A stretch of 64,000 nucleotides of DNA from an uncultured archaeon (GTDB taxonomy: Archaea; Asgardarchaeota; Lokiarchaeia; Sigyniarchaeales; SOKP01). The notes under the pieces were generated by a model. The model was given only the letters and a program-made list of their open reading frames with translations. It was not told the origin of the DNA and did no database searches. Positions 29,347 to 40,618 of this stretch are shown here, in pieces. The translations under genes were made by a program, and so were the position numbers. The number at the start of each line of letters is the position of its first letter. Position 1 is the first letter of the stretch. The stretch is from contig CAZALK010000014.1 of NCBI GenBank assembly GCA_964486045.1, positions 32,001 through 96,000 on the forward strand. Reading direction: 5' to 3'.

Positions 29347-30840
29347 ATGATAGTTGACGATACAATTGATACTTTTAACTCACTGGTGAAGAGAAGGGGT
29401 TTCATATGGGGTCCTTCTCCAGAAATTTACGGCGGATTAGCTGGTTTTTATTCTTATGGTCCTGCGGGAATGAGACTCAAAAATAATATACTCAACTTAT
29501 TTAGACGTGAATTGCGTTATTTTGGATTTGGTGAGATTGAATGTCCAACTATTATGCCAGAAATAGTATGGAGGGCGTCTGGGCATTTAGAAAGATTTAT
29601 AGACCCGGTACTGAAATGTGAAAATTGTTTTACAATATATCGAGTAGATAAGTTCCTTAAGGAAAATCTTCCTGATCTTATGATTGATGGACTATCCATT
29701 GAGGAAATGGAGATGCTGATTAAAAAACATGAAATAACCTGCCCGAAATGCGAAACAACTTTCTCTAAAATTGAGGAGTATAATTTAATGCTAAAAATTT
29801 CAGTGGGAAATAATGTTACTGCTTACTTACGCCCAGAGACAGCTACTACTACATATTTACTCTTTAATCGGTTGGATCAAGATGCACGAAGGCAGTATCC
29901 AATAAAAATTTTCCAATATGGAAAAGCCTATAGGAATGAAATCTCTCCTAGGCAAGGAGTTCTACGAATGAGGGCATTTGATCAATTTGAGTTGCAAATT
30001 TTTATAAGCAAACAACAAGAAATGGAATTCGAAGATTTTGAGGAAATAAAACACAACATAATTCCATTATTAGATTGGAAATTACAAGAAAAAGGTATAA
30101 ATAAACCAAACTTTGTATCACTTGATAGAGCGATATCAGATAAAATTCTTAAAAAGCCGGCATATGCGTACTGTCTGTATATAGGGTATTATTTAACGAA
30201 GATACTTGAAATTCCAGAAAATGTTGTTCGTTTTAGGCAACATTCAATAAACGAACGAGCACACTATGCTGATGATGCATGGGATATAGAAGTTAACACT
30301 AGGCAATTCGGTTGGGTTGAGATATGTGGAATACACGATCGAACTAATTATGATTTAAGAAGACATGGTGAGTTTTCTAAACAAAACTTTGAAGTTAGTA
30401 TGGGTTCCGACCCTAGTATTAAGGAAATTCCTCAAGTTCTTGAAGTAGCTTTTGGAATTGATAGAATTGTGTATACATTACTTGAAACTACCTTTAATGT
30501 TGAAGAGGGAAGAATAATTCTTAAACTTAATTCCATATTAGCCCCAAATACTGTAGCAGTATTTCCACTTGTGAAAAATAAAGAAAATATTAGAAGATTA
30601 GCATTAAATGTTCACAGAGAATTGTTAAAAAACCGTATAGCTTCTTTTTTTGATGCTGCTGGTTCTATCGGAAAACGGTACAGAAGACAGGACGAATTAG
30701 GTACAAGATGGTGCATTACTATAGATTATGAATCTTTGGATGACAGGACAATAACAATTAGAGAACGTGATTCAATGGAACAAACGCGAATAAAGATATC
30801 TAATCTCTCTCAAACTATTCAAAGGAAGCAAAAAGAATAA
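29347..30840 (+). CDS. glyS: Glycyl-tRNA synthetase (alpha2 type)
   Basis: RRGF...EIYGG, YLRPETA, YRNEISPRQG.LR.R.F.Q.E, AHYA, FGIDR, GSIGKRYRRQDELGT. Confidence 0.96.
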   Translation: MIVDDTIDTFNSLVKRRGFIWGPSPEIYGGLAGFYSYGPAGMRLKNNILNLFRRELRYFGFGEIECPTIMPEIVWRASGHLERFIDPVLKCENCFTIYRVDKFLKENLPDLMIDGLSIEEMEMLIKKHEITCPKCETTFSKIEEYNLMLKISVGNNVTAYLRPETATTTYLLFNRLDQDARRQYPIKIFQYGKAYRNEISPRQGVLRMRAFDQFELQIFISKQQEMEFEDFEEIKHNIIPLLDWKLQEKGINKPNFVSLDRAISDKILKKPAYAYCLYIGYYLTKILEIPENVVRFRQHSINERAHYADDAWDIEVNTRQFGWVEICGIHDRTNYDLRRHGEFSKQNFEVSMGSDPSIKEIPQVLEVAFGIDRIVYTLLETTFNVEEGRIILKLNSILAPNTVAVFPLVKNKENIRRLALNVHRELLKNRIASFFDAAGSIGKRYRRQDELGTRWCITIDYESLDDRTITIRERDSMEQTRIKISNLSQTIQRKQKE

Positions 30841-30971
30841 AATTTCACATTTTTGCCTAATATTAAGATCTTTTTAATCTCATCAGAAAAAATTTTAAAG
30901 AGAAGGATTTTTTAAAAATATAATTTAAAAATATATCTCTTGTTAAAAATATTAATCTTATTCAAATTATA

Positions 30972-33758
30972 ATGAGTTTTTCCAATTTTTTTTCCATCGG
31001 AAAGAAAAGAAACCACCAAAAGCAGATTGTGAAAATATTACTTTGTATTTTCTTTATCCTAATCTTTTCATTCAATATTTTGAATATTATTAATTCTCCA
31101 ACCCAGAAAAATTCCTCTTATGAAAATGTTGATAAAAACGAGACTTCGTTTAATTTTGGTCAAGAAAACCTTGAAACTGCAACAGATCTTTCAATACTTC
31201 AAAATCCCTATAGAGTAAACTTTGATAATATCCGTATTTTCTTTGAAAATAACTATAAGTCTGATTTAAATCCTGATACAACAACCTACTTTAGGTTTGG
31301 AAGTGAAAATGGGACAATCACGGATGATACTGTATACTCAGAAGATAATTTACTTATTTATAATTCATTGTTGAAATCAGAAATTAACCAAACTGCAATG
31401 TTTGATAATTATCTCAAGTTAAAATCAACTCCTTTATGGTATGAGGATACAAGTGAACAGTATGAATATGGTTTTGTAAAGTCTGTTGATAACTCTACAG
31501 GGATAGTAACAGATAGTAATCGGTATTTGGGTGATAATTTATTACCAATTTTCCTATTAATTGACAATATAGGTGAAAATATTGATATCCTTTCTATTAA
31601 TGGACAGAAACCTAAAGAATTGATAGACGAAATATTTTTGCTTATAAGTTCTTCTGAATTTTGGGATAATACTTATAAGGGATTTAAACACTATAATTCG
31701 ACATCGGACAAATATTCAGAAAGCAATTTTTTAAGCATTTTAGCAAATTTACTAATTCATCGCACATATCATCAACTCAATTTGGATGAATCTACTAAAA
31801 TATTGTCTTATTTTTTAGCAAATGAGACAATGGTTTCAATGGATACTAATATGTGGGATATTACAGATAAAGCCTACTATTATTGGGGTGATGAAGACTG
31901 GAGCACCTTAACAGGAGGACAAAGATATATCCATTTAGATGTGAATGCTTTAGGAATTATAACGTTACTTGAATTTTGGATTGAAACTGGTAAGGAAGAC
32001 GCTTCTCCTTATTTATCAAGAGCAATTGAACTCTATAATAGTTTAAATAATCACTTATGGAATTCTACTGATAAGCTTTATCATAACATTGGTTTTCCTT
32101 CTTGGGCTTTTTTAGTCGATAGTAGTTATAATCTAAGAGCAAATTCTCTGATGTTAGAAGCATGTTTGAAATTTTTCGAACTTACAGGAAATATCACATA
32201 CTACGAAAGAGCAATTAATATTTCGAAGTCGTTTGATAACGACTATTATGATAGTACAAATAATGCATATCAATTTTCTTTAACTAATAGTACTAAAAAT
32301 CTTAATTCTAATTTAAACCTATATAAGTCATATCTGAAAGCATCTGAAATTTATAGTAGAACATTATTAAAATCTGAATTTAATTTAACTGAAACCGTTC
32401 CCGATTATGTTATTAATCAAGATGTTATGAATTTAACTTCAATTTATTCATTCACTAAGGAAAACCAGGTTTACTATCCCGGGAATGATTCTTATGGTAC
32501 ATTTATAGTTAGCTACGATATTACTGATGTCGATATTAATTATCTGTTTAAATATCCTAATGGTACTTTTTTAAATAAATTTGAAGACCAAATCATTGAT
32601 CCCGCTACTTCACATAATTTCAACTATACGATCGAAGAAACTTTACCACTAAAAGAAGGTTATTATATTTATATTTGGGCAAATAAAACTTATTTTAAAA
32701 TAGCTGAAACTCAAAAGCGTTTCAATGTTGTTTCTGGTTTAGCAAATGAGGCGATTATAGGATTACCTGATATCCTCTATCAAGGTCAAACCCTTAATAT
32801 AACGATTTTATTAAACTATACTAGGAATGAAAACTTAACGATAACATCATCTTTGGAAGGAAACGATATAATTAATTTTCCTTCCAAAGAACTAAATTTT
32901 ACTTCATCAACCGAATTAAATGTAAGTTTTGATCTTACCCCAAAATTTGGAATATCTCCTGGACCGAGTGAAATTATTTTTAACTTTAAAAAGGACAATG
33001 TAATATATTTAAGTGTTAAAAAGGTAATAGAAATCGGATATTCATTTAATTTTGAACACTTAATTTATCAAAGTAAGGTTGTAAGTGGTCAAAATATACA
33101 TATTTCTTTGGATCTAATAAATTACTTACCAAATGCAACCCAATTATTAAACATTAGTTTCACAGGAATATCAGAAAATGCAATTGAGACATTCACTCAA
33201 GAGGAAACTATTAATGAAGATGAGATTAAATCAATTTCATATAATCTAAAAACCCTCGAAGATATTAAAATTAAGAATATTAGAATAGAAATGAGTATTC
33301 TTCAAAATTCTACAGTATTTTTCACCAAAGAATTGACTATCGAAATTATCCCCGATTTTGAAATTATCAGCGTTTCCTTTCCAGGGCAAATTTCTCAAGG
33401 AACACCTGCTTCCCTAATATTAATTATCCAAAATAATAAAGAAGTCTTTGAAAGCTTTTCACTTACTATAAATGGGAAAAAAGTCAATGCAAATATTGAC
33501 GAATTAGCCCCGGGAGAGAATTGGATAATCAAAAAGATAGTCCCATCAAATAATCCATATGAATTTGGGCGTAAAATATATAGAATCGTCATGGAGGATA
33601 GTGAAGATGAAGAAGTTGGAAGATTTTATTTTGAAGTTGTTTTAGGACTATCATCATTTAATTTAGTCGTATTCTATCTTTTACCTGGTATCATTCCCGT
33701 TGGTATTATATTATATTTTTTAAGTAAAGAAATAAAACATAAAAAATTGAGAAGATGA
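30972..33758 (+). CDS. Large cell-surface protein: alpha/alpha-toroid (GH76/AGE-like) domain, Ig-like domains, C-terminal TM
   Basis: Signal/TM at N-terminus, repeated ETG...YL.RA.......LW motifs, many N-x-S/T sequons, C-terminal TM with basic tail. Confidence 0.65.
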   Translation: MSFSNFFSIGKKRNHQKQIVKILLCIFFILIFSFNILNIINSPTQKNSSYENVDKNETSFNFGQENLETATDLSILQNPYRVNFDNIRIFFENNYKSDLNPDTTTYFRFGSENGTITDDTVYSEDNLLIYNSLLKSEINQTAMFDNYLKLKSTPLWYEDTSEQYEYGFVKSVDNSTGIVTDSNRYLGDNLLPIFLLIDNIGENIDILSINGQKPKELIDEIFLLISSSEFWDNTYKGFKHYNSTSDKYSESNFLSILANLLIHRTYHQLNLDESTKILSYFLANETMVSMDTNMWDITDKAYYYWGDEDWSTLTGGQRYIHLDVNALGIITLLEFWIETGKEDASPYLSRAIELYNSLNNHLWNSTDKLYHNIGFPSWAFLVDSSYNLRANSLMLEACLKFFELTGNITYYERAINISKSFDNDYYDSTNNAYQFSLTNSTKNLNSNLNLYKSYLKASEIYSRTLLKSEFNLTETVPDYVINQDVMNLTSIYSFTKENQVYYPGNDSYGTFIVSYDITDVDINYLFKYPNGTFLNKFEDQIIDPATSHNFNYTIEETLPLKEGYYIYIWANKTYFKIAETQKRFNVVSGLANEAIIGLPDILYQGQTLNITILLNYTRNENLTITSSLEGNDIINFPSKELNFTSSTELNVSFDLTPKFGISPGPSEIIFNFKKDNVIYLSVKKVIEIGYSFNFEHLIYQSKVVSGQNIHISLDLINYLPNATQLLNISFTGISENAIETFTQEETINEDEIKSISYNLKTLEDIKIKNIRIEMSILQNSTVFFTKELTIEIIPDFEIISVSFPGQISQGTPASLILIIQNNKEVFESFSLTINGKKVNANIDELAPGENWIIKKIVPSNNPYEFGRKIYRIVMEDSEDEEVGRFYFEVVLGLSSFNLVVFYLLPGIIPVGIILYFLSKEIKHKKLRR

Positions 33759-33764
33759 GAAATA

Positions 33765-35450
33765 TTGAAAAATAGAAAATACATCAGTATTACTTTAACT
33801 CTTTTTATCATAACGAACGTCTTTCTTAATGTTCTTTTAGTTAATTTTAATAAAGTTCCAAATTTAAATATAAAAGAAGAAGATGAAGAGAACTTACCCT
33901 TTGATCCAATATTAGCAAATGGGCTGCCTTTAGCTTATTGGGCAATTATTCAAAATGCCACATCAGTTTATCGAATATTTGAATCCATTAATTTCACACT
34001 TAATACGTTTGGTTATAGTAATGTCGATCATACTCGAATCCAAATATCTTTTACCAATAACTCTATTAATAATTACAATATGGCTTTTGTGGTAGGTGAT
34101 GAATATTACTATGAGTATAGACCAGAATACAATGCACCCCTAGGATTTCAGAATGTAAGTTTCCTAATTTATAATAATAATAACACACTATTAAACGCGC
34201 ATACAACATATACGAACTTTACTATTAAGACAAATTATATGGCAATTACCAACAGTTCTGAATATTATATTGGAGAGGACTTATTTGCAGAATTAACTGT
34301 TAATGATTTTGGGAGTTATCAATTTGAATGGAATGTTACAATTGTTGACAGTAGAATTGAATCATCACAGAAAAATATATTTAACTTTGAAAATGACCTC
34401 GTTCAGTTTACTTATCTTATCTCGAACGAAACATTTAACAGCTATGTAGGTCAAACTTTTTATATTAAACTAAACATGACAAACAGCACCTCTGGATTAG
34501 TAGGAACGGCTTATTTTCCCTTTAAAGTTTTGAATTCAGATCCAGTTATTGATGGCTCCTCGATTAAATTATCTCCTTCTGAGGTATTTAGAACTGAAGA
34601 CTGTGAAATAACATTTAATGTTACAGACATAGAAGATCTTTCCCAACTTTTAGACGTCAGCTTGACTCTTGAAGACCCTGAAGGGAATTTTGTTGAAATA
34701 ATTACAATGGATCATATTAGTGACAATAATTTTTCAAAACAATTTTCTATTCCCGCGGGAGGACCAACTGGTAATTATAAGATCACGATTAACGCAGAAG
34801 ATCAGAATGGCGGAATCGGTTCTTTCTTAACATTTATTACAGCAAAAAATAATTTACCCGAAATTCACAGTTATGAGATTAATGGGAAAACAATGGGTGA
34901 GGCAATATCAATTCTCTACGGCAATGATTTAATTTTTACATTTAACGTTTCGGACGTAGAAGACGTTGCGTATATTAAAGTAGCACTAATAGACGCGAAC
35001 GATGAATGGTTTAATGTTAGTAAATCTTATAATGGAATTGACACGCAAATTACTATTCGCACAATAGAGTTAATAACAGGTGTTTGGTTTGTATATATTT
35101 ATGTTGTTGATTCTGATGGAATAATTACCAGCCTTATTGGAGATTATAATTTAGCACCCCAGGCAATTAGGATCATTCCTGATGAGTTAAGTGGTTTACT
35201 TCCCTGGGTGGTTTTCATTGTTGGCACGATTATTGGGCTTCTCGTAGGTATAGGACTTGGATATAGACGCTATAAATCAAAATTAGTTGATCTTCAAGGT
35301 ATCACTAGGAAAAAGAAAACCTCAATAAAGAAGCAACAAAAAAAGGAAATATCAAAACAAATATCCAATGAAAAAGAAGAAGATATAAAGCCTGACGAAG
35401 AAGTGGAGAAAGAAATTTCTCCAAAGCGTAAAATAAAAAGAAAATTATAA
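33765..35450 (+). CDS. Cell-surface protein with Ig-like repeats, C-terminal TM and charged tail
   Basis: N-x-P-x-I...NVTD.ED repeats, G.Y.I.I.A.D..GG, TM near residue 480. Confidence 0.7.
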   Translation: MKNRKYISITLTLFIITNVFLNVLLVNFNKVPNLNIKEEDEENLPFDPILANGLPLAYWAIIQNATSVYRIFESINFTLNTFGYSNVDHTRIQISFTNNSINNYNMAFVVGDEYYYEYRPEYNAPLGFQNVSFLIYNNNNTLLNAHTTYTNFTIKTNYMAITNSSEYYIGEDLFAELTVNDFGSYQFEWNVTIVDSRIESSQKNIFNFENDLVQFTYLISNETFNSYVGQTFYIKLNMTNSTSGLVGTAYFPFKVLNSDPVIDGSSIKLSPSEVFRTEDCEITFNVTDIEDLSQLLDVSLTLEDPEGNFVEIITMDHISDNNFSKQFSIPAGGPTGNYKITINAEDQNGGIGSFLTFITAKNNLPEIHSYEINGKTMGEAISILYGNDLIFTFNVSDVEDVAYIKVALIDANDEWFNVSKSYNGIDTQITIRTIELITGVWFVYIYVVDSDGIITSLIGDYNLAPQAIRIIPDELSGLLPWVVFIVGTIIGLLVGIGLGYRRYKSKLVDLQGITRKKKTSIKKQQKKEISKQISNEKEEDIKPDEEVEKEISPKRKIKRKL

Positions 35451-35496
35451 ATATAGTTATTTGCTTTTTTTCCTTTCTTAATTTTTGTTCTAATGT

Positions 35497-36429
35497 TTAT
35501 TTTAAAATATCATGAAGGCGGTATTGAAATTTACCAAGTTTTCCCCCATAATTTCCCGCTGAGATCCGGTTTACACCTGGTACTTTCACTGCTGCTTCAA
35601 TTCCTAATTTTAATGCGGTTTTTATTGATTCTTCGGACGCACCATCCAAAATTATTTCATAAACGCAGTTATCTCCTTCCTTTAACTCAGAATTTTCAAT
35701 TTTGTCTCTTAAAGTAGGACAAAGTGGATCATTTGTGCTGGCGTTTAAGAAATTATATTTTGAGCCCACTTTGGAACCAGAGCGCGCTATTCCTCCTGGG
35801 AATGGAGCTATTACGTTTGGAACATCCTTTATAGCTTCGACTGATCCTTCAGCTGCTTCTAAAGTGGAATCTTGATCTTTTCCAATGATTAAGAAATTAC
35901 CTCCCGCAATCCCTTTTCCCACTTTTGCCATACTTTGAACTAAGAATTCACCTCCCATTACGGGGATTTTCCATGCTTCAAAAGGGAATTTCCCTTCAAT
36001 CTTTTCTTGGAATCCATCACCAAAAAATTTCAAGTTCGCTCCAATTTTTATTTCAAATTCCTTTTCAGGAACTAACGATCCATCTAAGGCATCAAAACAA
36101 GCTGTTGTAGGACAAGTTAGAATACACTGTCCTAAGCGATTCATTACCACACTACTCATTTGATCTTTTTTTGTTTTGAAAAACATAATTGCGACTCCAG
36201 GGCGATTATCTGGAGTTTTATCTGATGAGATGAAAACATCAATTCCCGCTTCAGCATCACAATGAATTGTCGAAGTTCCATATCCTGTTGAAACCTGCGC
36301 AGCAATTCTTAGCCATCTTTCATTTTTCGCTGTTATTAATATTCGTGCGAAGAATCCTCCAAAAGCTTCACAGAAAGTATCCTCAATTTCTACACCATTT
36401 AATTTCATTTTAATTATTACTCCTTTCAA
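35497..36429 (-). CDS. ftr: Formylmethanofuran:H4MPT formyltransferase
   Basis: GVEIEDTFCEAF, TPDNRPG, GQCILTCPTTACF, GGIARSGSKVGS, ISAGNYGGKLG. Confidence 0.96.
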   Translation of the reverse strand: MKGVIIKMKLNGVEIEDTFCEAFGGFFARILITAKNERWLRIAAQVSTGYGTSTIHCDAEAGIDVFISSDKTPDNRPGVAIMFFKTKKDQMSSVVMNRLGQCILTCPTTACFDALDGSLVPEKEFEIKIGANLKFFGDGFQEKIEGKFPFEAWKIPVMGGEFLVQSMAKVGKGIAGGNFLIIGKDQDSTLEAAEGSVEAIKDVPNVIAPFPGGIARSGSKVGSKYNFLNASTNDPLCPTLRDKIENSELKEGDNCVYEIILDGASEESIKTALKLGIEAAVKVPGVNRISAGNYGGKLGKFQYRLHDILK

Positions 36430-36572
36430 TCGTTTTTTATTTAAATAAATTTTTAATAGGTTGTATTAACTAATAGCGTTCTATTTTATATAAAATTTTA
36501 AAAAAAAAATAAAAACAGTGAAAAATTTAAAGAAGTAAGTCTTTAATTTTAAACTAAGAAATTTAGATAGAG

Positions 36573-37418
36573 TTGTATAATATGAGTGAAAAAGTGCTTA
36601 AAATTGGAATTTTAAAAAATGGTACCATTGGATCATCGCTTTTATTAGCTTTTTTAATGGATGAGCGCGCTGAATCTACTAGAATTAATGTATACGAAGT
36701 TACTTCTGGAGCGAAAATGCACCCTCCAGTGATGTGCATTAAAACAATGGATGATTTATTAAAATGGGAACCTGAATTAATAATAATGTCAAGCCCTAAT
36801 GCTGCTTTACCCGGACCAAAATCTACTAGGGAAATGTCTGGTAATATTCCTACAATTGTAATTTCAGATGCTCCAGCCAAAAAAGCAGTGGATGAAATAA
36901 AGGAAAAGAACATGGGTTATATCTTAGTAAACTGTGATAGTATGATTGGTGCTCGTAGACCTTTCCTCGATACAGTTGAAATGAGTATATTTAATTCAGA
37001 TTTATTAAAGGTTCTTGCGATAACTGGTGCTCTTCAAGTTATCGCTGAGGAATTAAACAAAGTGATAATCGATATGCTAGAAGGTAGGTCACCCTTATTA
37101 CCTCAAGTTATAATTGATTCAATTGTTGCATCTGAAGCTGCTAAATTTTCTAATCCATATGCAAAAGCGAAAGCTATAGCTGCCTTTGAATTAGCAGCAT
37201 CAGTATCTAAAATTACAGGAAAAGCCTGTTTCCAATTAAAAGAAAGATCTGAATACATGCCATTACTAGCTGCGGCGCATGAAATGATGAGAACAGCCTC
37301 AATTATGTGTGATGAGGCTAGAGAAATTGAAAAATCCAATGATACGGTAATTAGGAGACCTCATCATGCAAAACAACATTTCTTAACAAAGATTAAACTT
37401 CATGACAAAGAACAATAA
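36573..37418 (+). CDS. mtd: F420-dependent methylene-H4MPT dehydrogenase
   Basis: DERA, SGAKM, SPNAALPGP, DSMIGARR.FLD..EM, F.NPYAKAKA.AA, AAAHEMMR.A, R.PH. Confidence 0.95.
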   Translation: MYNMSEKVLKIGILKNGTIGSSLLLAFLMDERAESTRINVYEVTSGAKMHPPVMCIKTMDDLLKWEPELIIMSSPNAALPGPKSTREMSGNIPTIVISDAPAKKAVDEIKEKNMGYILVNCDSMIGARRPFLDTVEMSIFNSDLLKVLAITGALQVIAEELNKVIIDMLEGRSPLLPQVIIDSIVASEAAKFSNPYAKAKAIAAFELAASVSKITGKACFQLKERSEYMPLLAAAHEMMRTASIMCDEAREIEKSNDTVIRRPHHAKQHFLTKIKLHDKEQ

Positions 37419-37473
37419 TTAATAAATAATCAAAAAAGTCCCCAAATTTTAATATTTTATTTAAACTTATTTT

Positions 37474-38430
37474 TTAAGTTTCAGAAGATCTTAGATATAT
37501 CTTTAAATTTTCGAAAATCTCCCCTGAAAGGGCATTCATTACACTTGAAAAAACACTAGTCTGTTTATTTCTTGTAACTGCCATTAAAACTGCTCCATTA
37601 ATCACCTCTTTCACAAGAATCCAACAATCTTCTGACTCATAAACCACCGTTGATAATGTTAGAGGTGAAATGTTAGATTTATTTTGGAACTCCATAATTT
37701 GCTGATAGATGCTATAAATATTAGAATCTAAAGTTCCCATCTCAAATTTCATAAATTGTAAAGGTTTTGATTCAAACTTACCAAATGTAGAAGATATTAT
37801 TAAACCATCAGGTTGATTAAATAGAAGATATTCAGATAAAGTATTAGCTTTCAATTGATCTAATAAATGTCGAATCTTCCCTAAACGTTGCATTGATAAT
37901 GTACTCTTCTGGATTTCATAATCTAAGATCTCAATTAATCTATGCTGGGCACTACCCTCTTTTACAGAAACCGGGGTAAAAGAAACTTTGTCTTTAAAAT
38001 TCCCATTTAAACTCTTAGATAAAACACTGTAATATTCATCCTCATTTGAATCCTGCAAATCAGTTTTATTTAATAAAACATATGCTTTATCAATTTCCGG
38101 GGAAAATTCAAATAAATATTTTAGGAAATTATTGAAAACAACACGTACTCCCGCCTCAACAACTGCAGAATCAACCATAAAAACAGCTGCTGTTACCTCA
38201 GAAAATATTAGTTCACGTTGGGATTCTGAAAAATAACGCTCTAGATATCTTTCCTGTCCGCCTAAATCCCATAGTGAGAGTTCTAAAATCCCGCGAAATA
38301 TAAAATTCTCTCTTGAAACACCTTTAGTAGGTTTCAAATTTAGAACTTTCATAAAATTATATCCTAAGCAAGTAGTCCTCATCAAACTTGTTTTACCTGC
38401 ACCTGCAGTTCCAAATAGAAGAATCTTCAT
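37474..38430 (-). CDS. RagA/Gtr1-like small GTPase with C-terminal roadblock/longin-like domain
   Basis: GTAGAGKTS, LWDLGGQERYLERYF..QRELIFSEV, NKTD; ~140-aa C-terminal alpha/beta domain (YLLFNQPDGLIISS). Confidence 0.8.
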   Translation of the reverse strand: MKILLFGTAGAGKTSLMRTTCLGYNFMKVLNLKPTKGVSRENFIFRGILELSLWDLGGQERYLERYFSESQRELIFSEVTAAVFMVDSAVVEAGVRVVFNNFLKYLFEFSPEIDKAYVLLNKTDLQDSNEDEYYSVLSKSLNGNFKDKVSFTPVSVKEGSAQHRLIEILDYEIQKSTLSMQRLGKIRHLLDQLKANTLSEYLLFNQPDGLIISSTFGKFESKPLQFMKFEMGTLDSNIYSIYQQIMEFQNKSNISPLTLSTVVYESEDCWILVKEVINGAVLMAVTRNKQTSVFSSVMNALSGEIFENLKIYLRSSET

Positions 38431-38887
38431 CTTATTTTGTGTTTTCTATAGAGTATAATTAAGAAATTAATAGATTAATATTATATTCTATTAAATTAAT
38501 TGATTTTATATACTCTTTATAATTTAATCAATATTTAATTTTTTCTAATTCTTCAAAAGAGAATTCAGTTTCAAAGGAAATTTATCTAATGACGATTCAA
38601 ATAAATACAATTTTATGTTTAATTAAATATGATATATAAAATTTTAAATTAAAAAATGGGGAGAATCCCATATTAGAAAAATATTGGGGTACTGCTCAAA
38701 ATGTCATTGCTGTATATAGGATGGTTGAAGATTTCAATGATTTTTCATATTTATTTACTCAAAATGATAAAAAATTTTTAAAAAAATTCTGGAAAATTTA
38801 ATTTATATATATTACCGTTAGGTATTTTTTATATAATTTTAAATATAAAATTAAATTAGAAAAATCAATTTTAAAACTGGTGTTTTA

Positions 38888-39421
38888 ATGGATTTAGATT
38901 TAAGCAAATATATTCGAACTATAAAAAATTTCCCGATTGAGGGAATTCAATTTAAGGATATCACTACATTGGCCAAAGTTCATGCCCCTTTTAAACAATC
39001 ATGTGATAAAATAATAGATCAGTTTAAAGACAAAGGAGTAAAGAAAGTCACTGCTATAGAAGCAAGAGGGTATGTTTGGGGTGGAGTTATAGCGTACCAA
39101 TTAGGAGCAGGATTTGTTTTAATTAGAAAACCTGGAAAACTACCTGCTGAGACGTTAAGTGAAACTTATGAACTGGAATATGGGACAGATGCCATTGAAA
39201 TGCATAAAGATGCCATTGAAAAAGGAGAAAATGTCTTAGTTTTTGATGATTTACTCGCAACCGGGGGTACTGCAAAAGCTGCATGTAACCTAGTTGAAAA
39301 AGCTGGTGGAGTAGTTGTTGGGATTGCTTTTGTGATAGAATTGACAGGAAGTTTGCATGGAAAAGACAAATTGGATGGTTATGATGTTCTTTCTTTAATT
39401 GAAATCCCAGTAGAAGAATAA
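38888..39421 (+). CDS. apt: Adenine phosphoribosyltransferase
   Basis: FP..GI.FKDIT, EARG, IRKPGKLP, YELEYG, DDLLATGGT. Confidence 0.96.
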   Translation: MDLDLSKYIRTIKNFPIEGIQFKDITTLAKVHAPFKQSCDKIIDQFKDKGVKKVTAIEARGYVWGGVIAYQLGAGFVLIRKPGKLPAETLSETYELEYGTDAIEMHKDAIEKGENVLVFDDLLATGGTAKAACNLVEKAGGVVVGIAFVIELTGSLHGKDKLDGYDVLSLIEIPVEE

Positions 39422-39467
39422 ATCCTTATTGCTATTAAAATTAAAAATTGAATAAATACTCTTTTTT

Positions 39468-40466
39468 TTATCCCTTTTCTAATTCAGCAGGAGTATAGCC
39501 GAATGTATTAAAAAATCTCTCTCTAACTTGTTTAAAATTAAAAGTTTGCGTTTGAGCTCCTGTAGATTCAACCACAAATGAGCCGACAATTGCTCCTAAT
39601 CTACAAGAATCTAATAAGGTCATATTAAGTACTAATCCCGTAAGTAATCCCGCTCTATATCCATCTCCTGCCCCAGTAGTGTCTTTAGCCTTTATAGAAG
39701 TTGCAATTGGAATATGAATTTTATGTAATTTATTATTTTCATCTGTGTAGGTTAATTCGGAACCTTCAGATCCTCTTGTCATTACAATTGCTTTGATATG
39801 TTCTAGGATAGACTCCTCAGATAATCCCGATTTCTCTTTAATTCGTTTTATCTCATGGATATTTCCAATTAAAATATCTGATTTCTTAATGATATCGATT
39901 AAATTTTCTCTCTGGAAAAGAGGGGTAACTTGACCTGGATCAAATATAATAGGAATTTTTAAATTATATAATTGAGTAGCAAAATTCTCCATAGCTTCTA
40001 CACTTTGAGTTGAGTTTATTGCATAAACAAACTCTTTCGGATTTGATATTTTTTCTTTCAGGTCAATATCTTTACTCTTATCTAAAGCACCACCATGAAA
40101 AATAATCATTTGATTAGATTTAATGTCATTAACTATATAACACGCTGCTGTGAAAAGATCCTCGTACAAATCAACTTTTAGGTCTATATTTTTGAACTTT
40201 TGTATGTGTTCCTTATAACCTAATGTCTCAAAGTCGTTCCCAACTGATCCTAATATAGAAACTTTAGCCATACTTAGTAATCCTAGATTATAAGCAATAT
40301 TACCAGCCGTTCCACCAAAAAATTGATGGCGACTATCTGCGGTAACAGTACTTTGATATTCTTCCTTAACACGGTCTATTGACACAGCATTAATGAAATT
40401 CTCTTTAAAACTCATTATGTAATCAAAAGCTAGTGATCCAAGTACGAGAACTTTGGTTTTTAGCAT
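39468..40466 (-). CDS. PfkB-family nucleoside/carbohydrate kinase
   Basis: GSLAFD, FGGTAGNIA, FDPGQ, DTTGAGD. Confidence 0.9.
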   Translation of the reverse strand: MLKTKVLVLGSLAFDYIMSFKENFINAVSIDRVKEEYQSTVTADSRHQFFGGTAGNIAYNLGLLSMAKVSILGSVGNDFETLGYKEHIQKFKNIDLKVDLYEDLFTAACYIVNDIKSNQMIIFHGGALDKSKDIDLKEKISNPKEFVYAINSTQSVEAMENFATQLYNLKIPIIFDPGQVTPLFQRENLIDIIKKSDILIGNIHEIKRIKEKSGLSEESILEHIKAIVMTRGSEGSELTYTDENNKLHKIHIPIATSIKAKDTTGAGDGYRAGLLTGLVLNMTLLDSCRLGAIVGSFVVESTGAQTQTFNFKQVRERFFNTFGYTPAELEKG

Positions 40467-40618
40467 GAGACATTGAATTATATTTTAGAAATATATTTTT
40501 CACTAATCAATAATATGTTAAAACTTTATAGAATTTGGTAGCAGTAGGTAAGTTTTTTAAAAAACAATTAATTAAATTTTAAATTAATAAATTAAAATAG
40601 CTATATTGTTGTTTTATT

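Noticed and set aside
38640-38800. Possible short frame (ENPILEKYWGTAQNVIAVY...) between the Rag-like gene and apt
   Set aside because: No convincing start or motif; cannot be supported.
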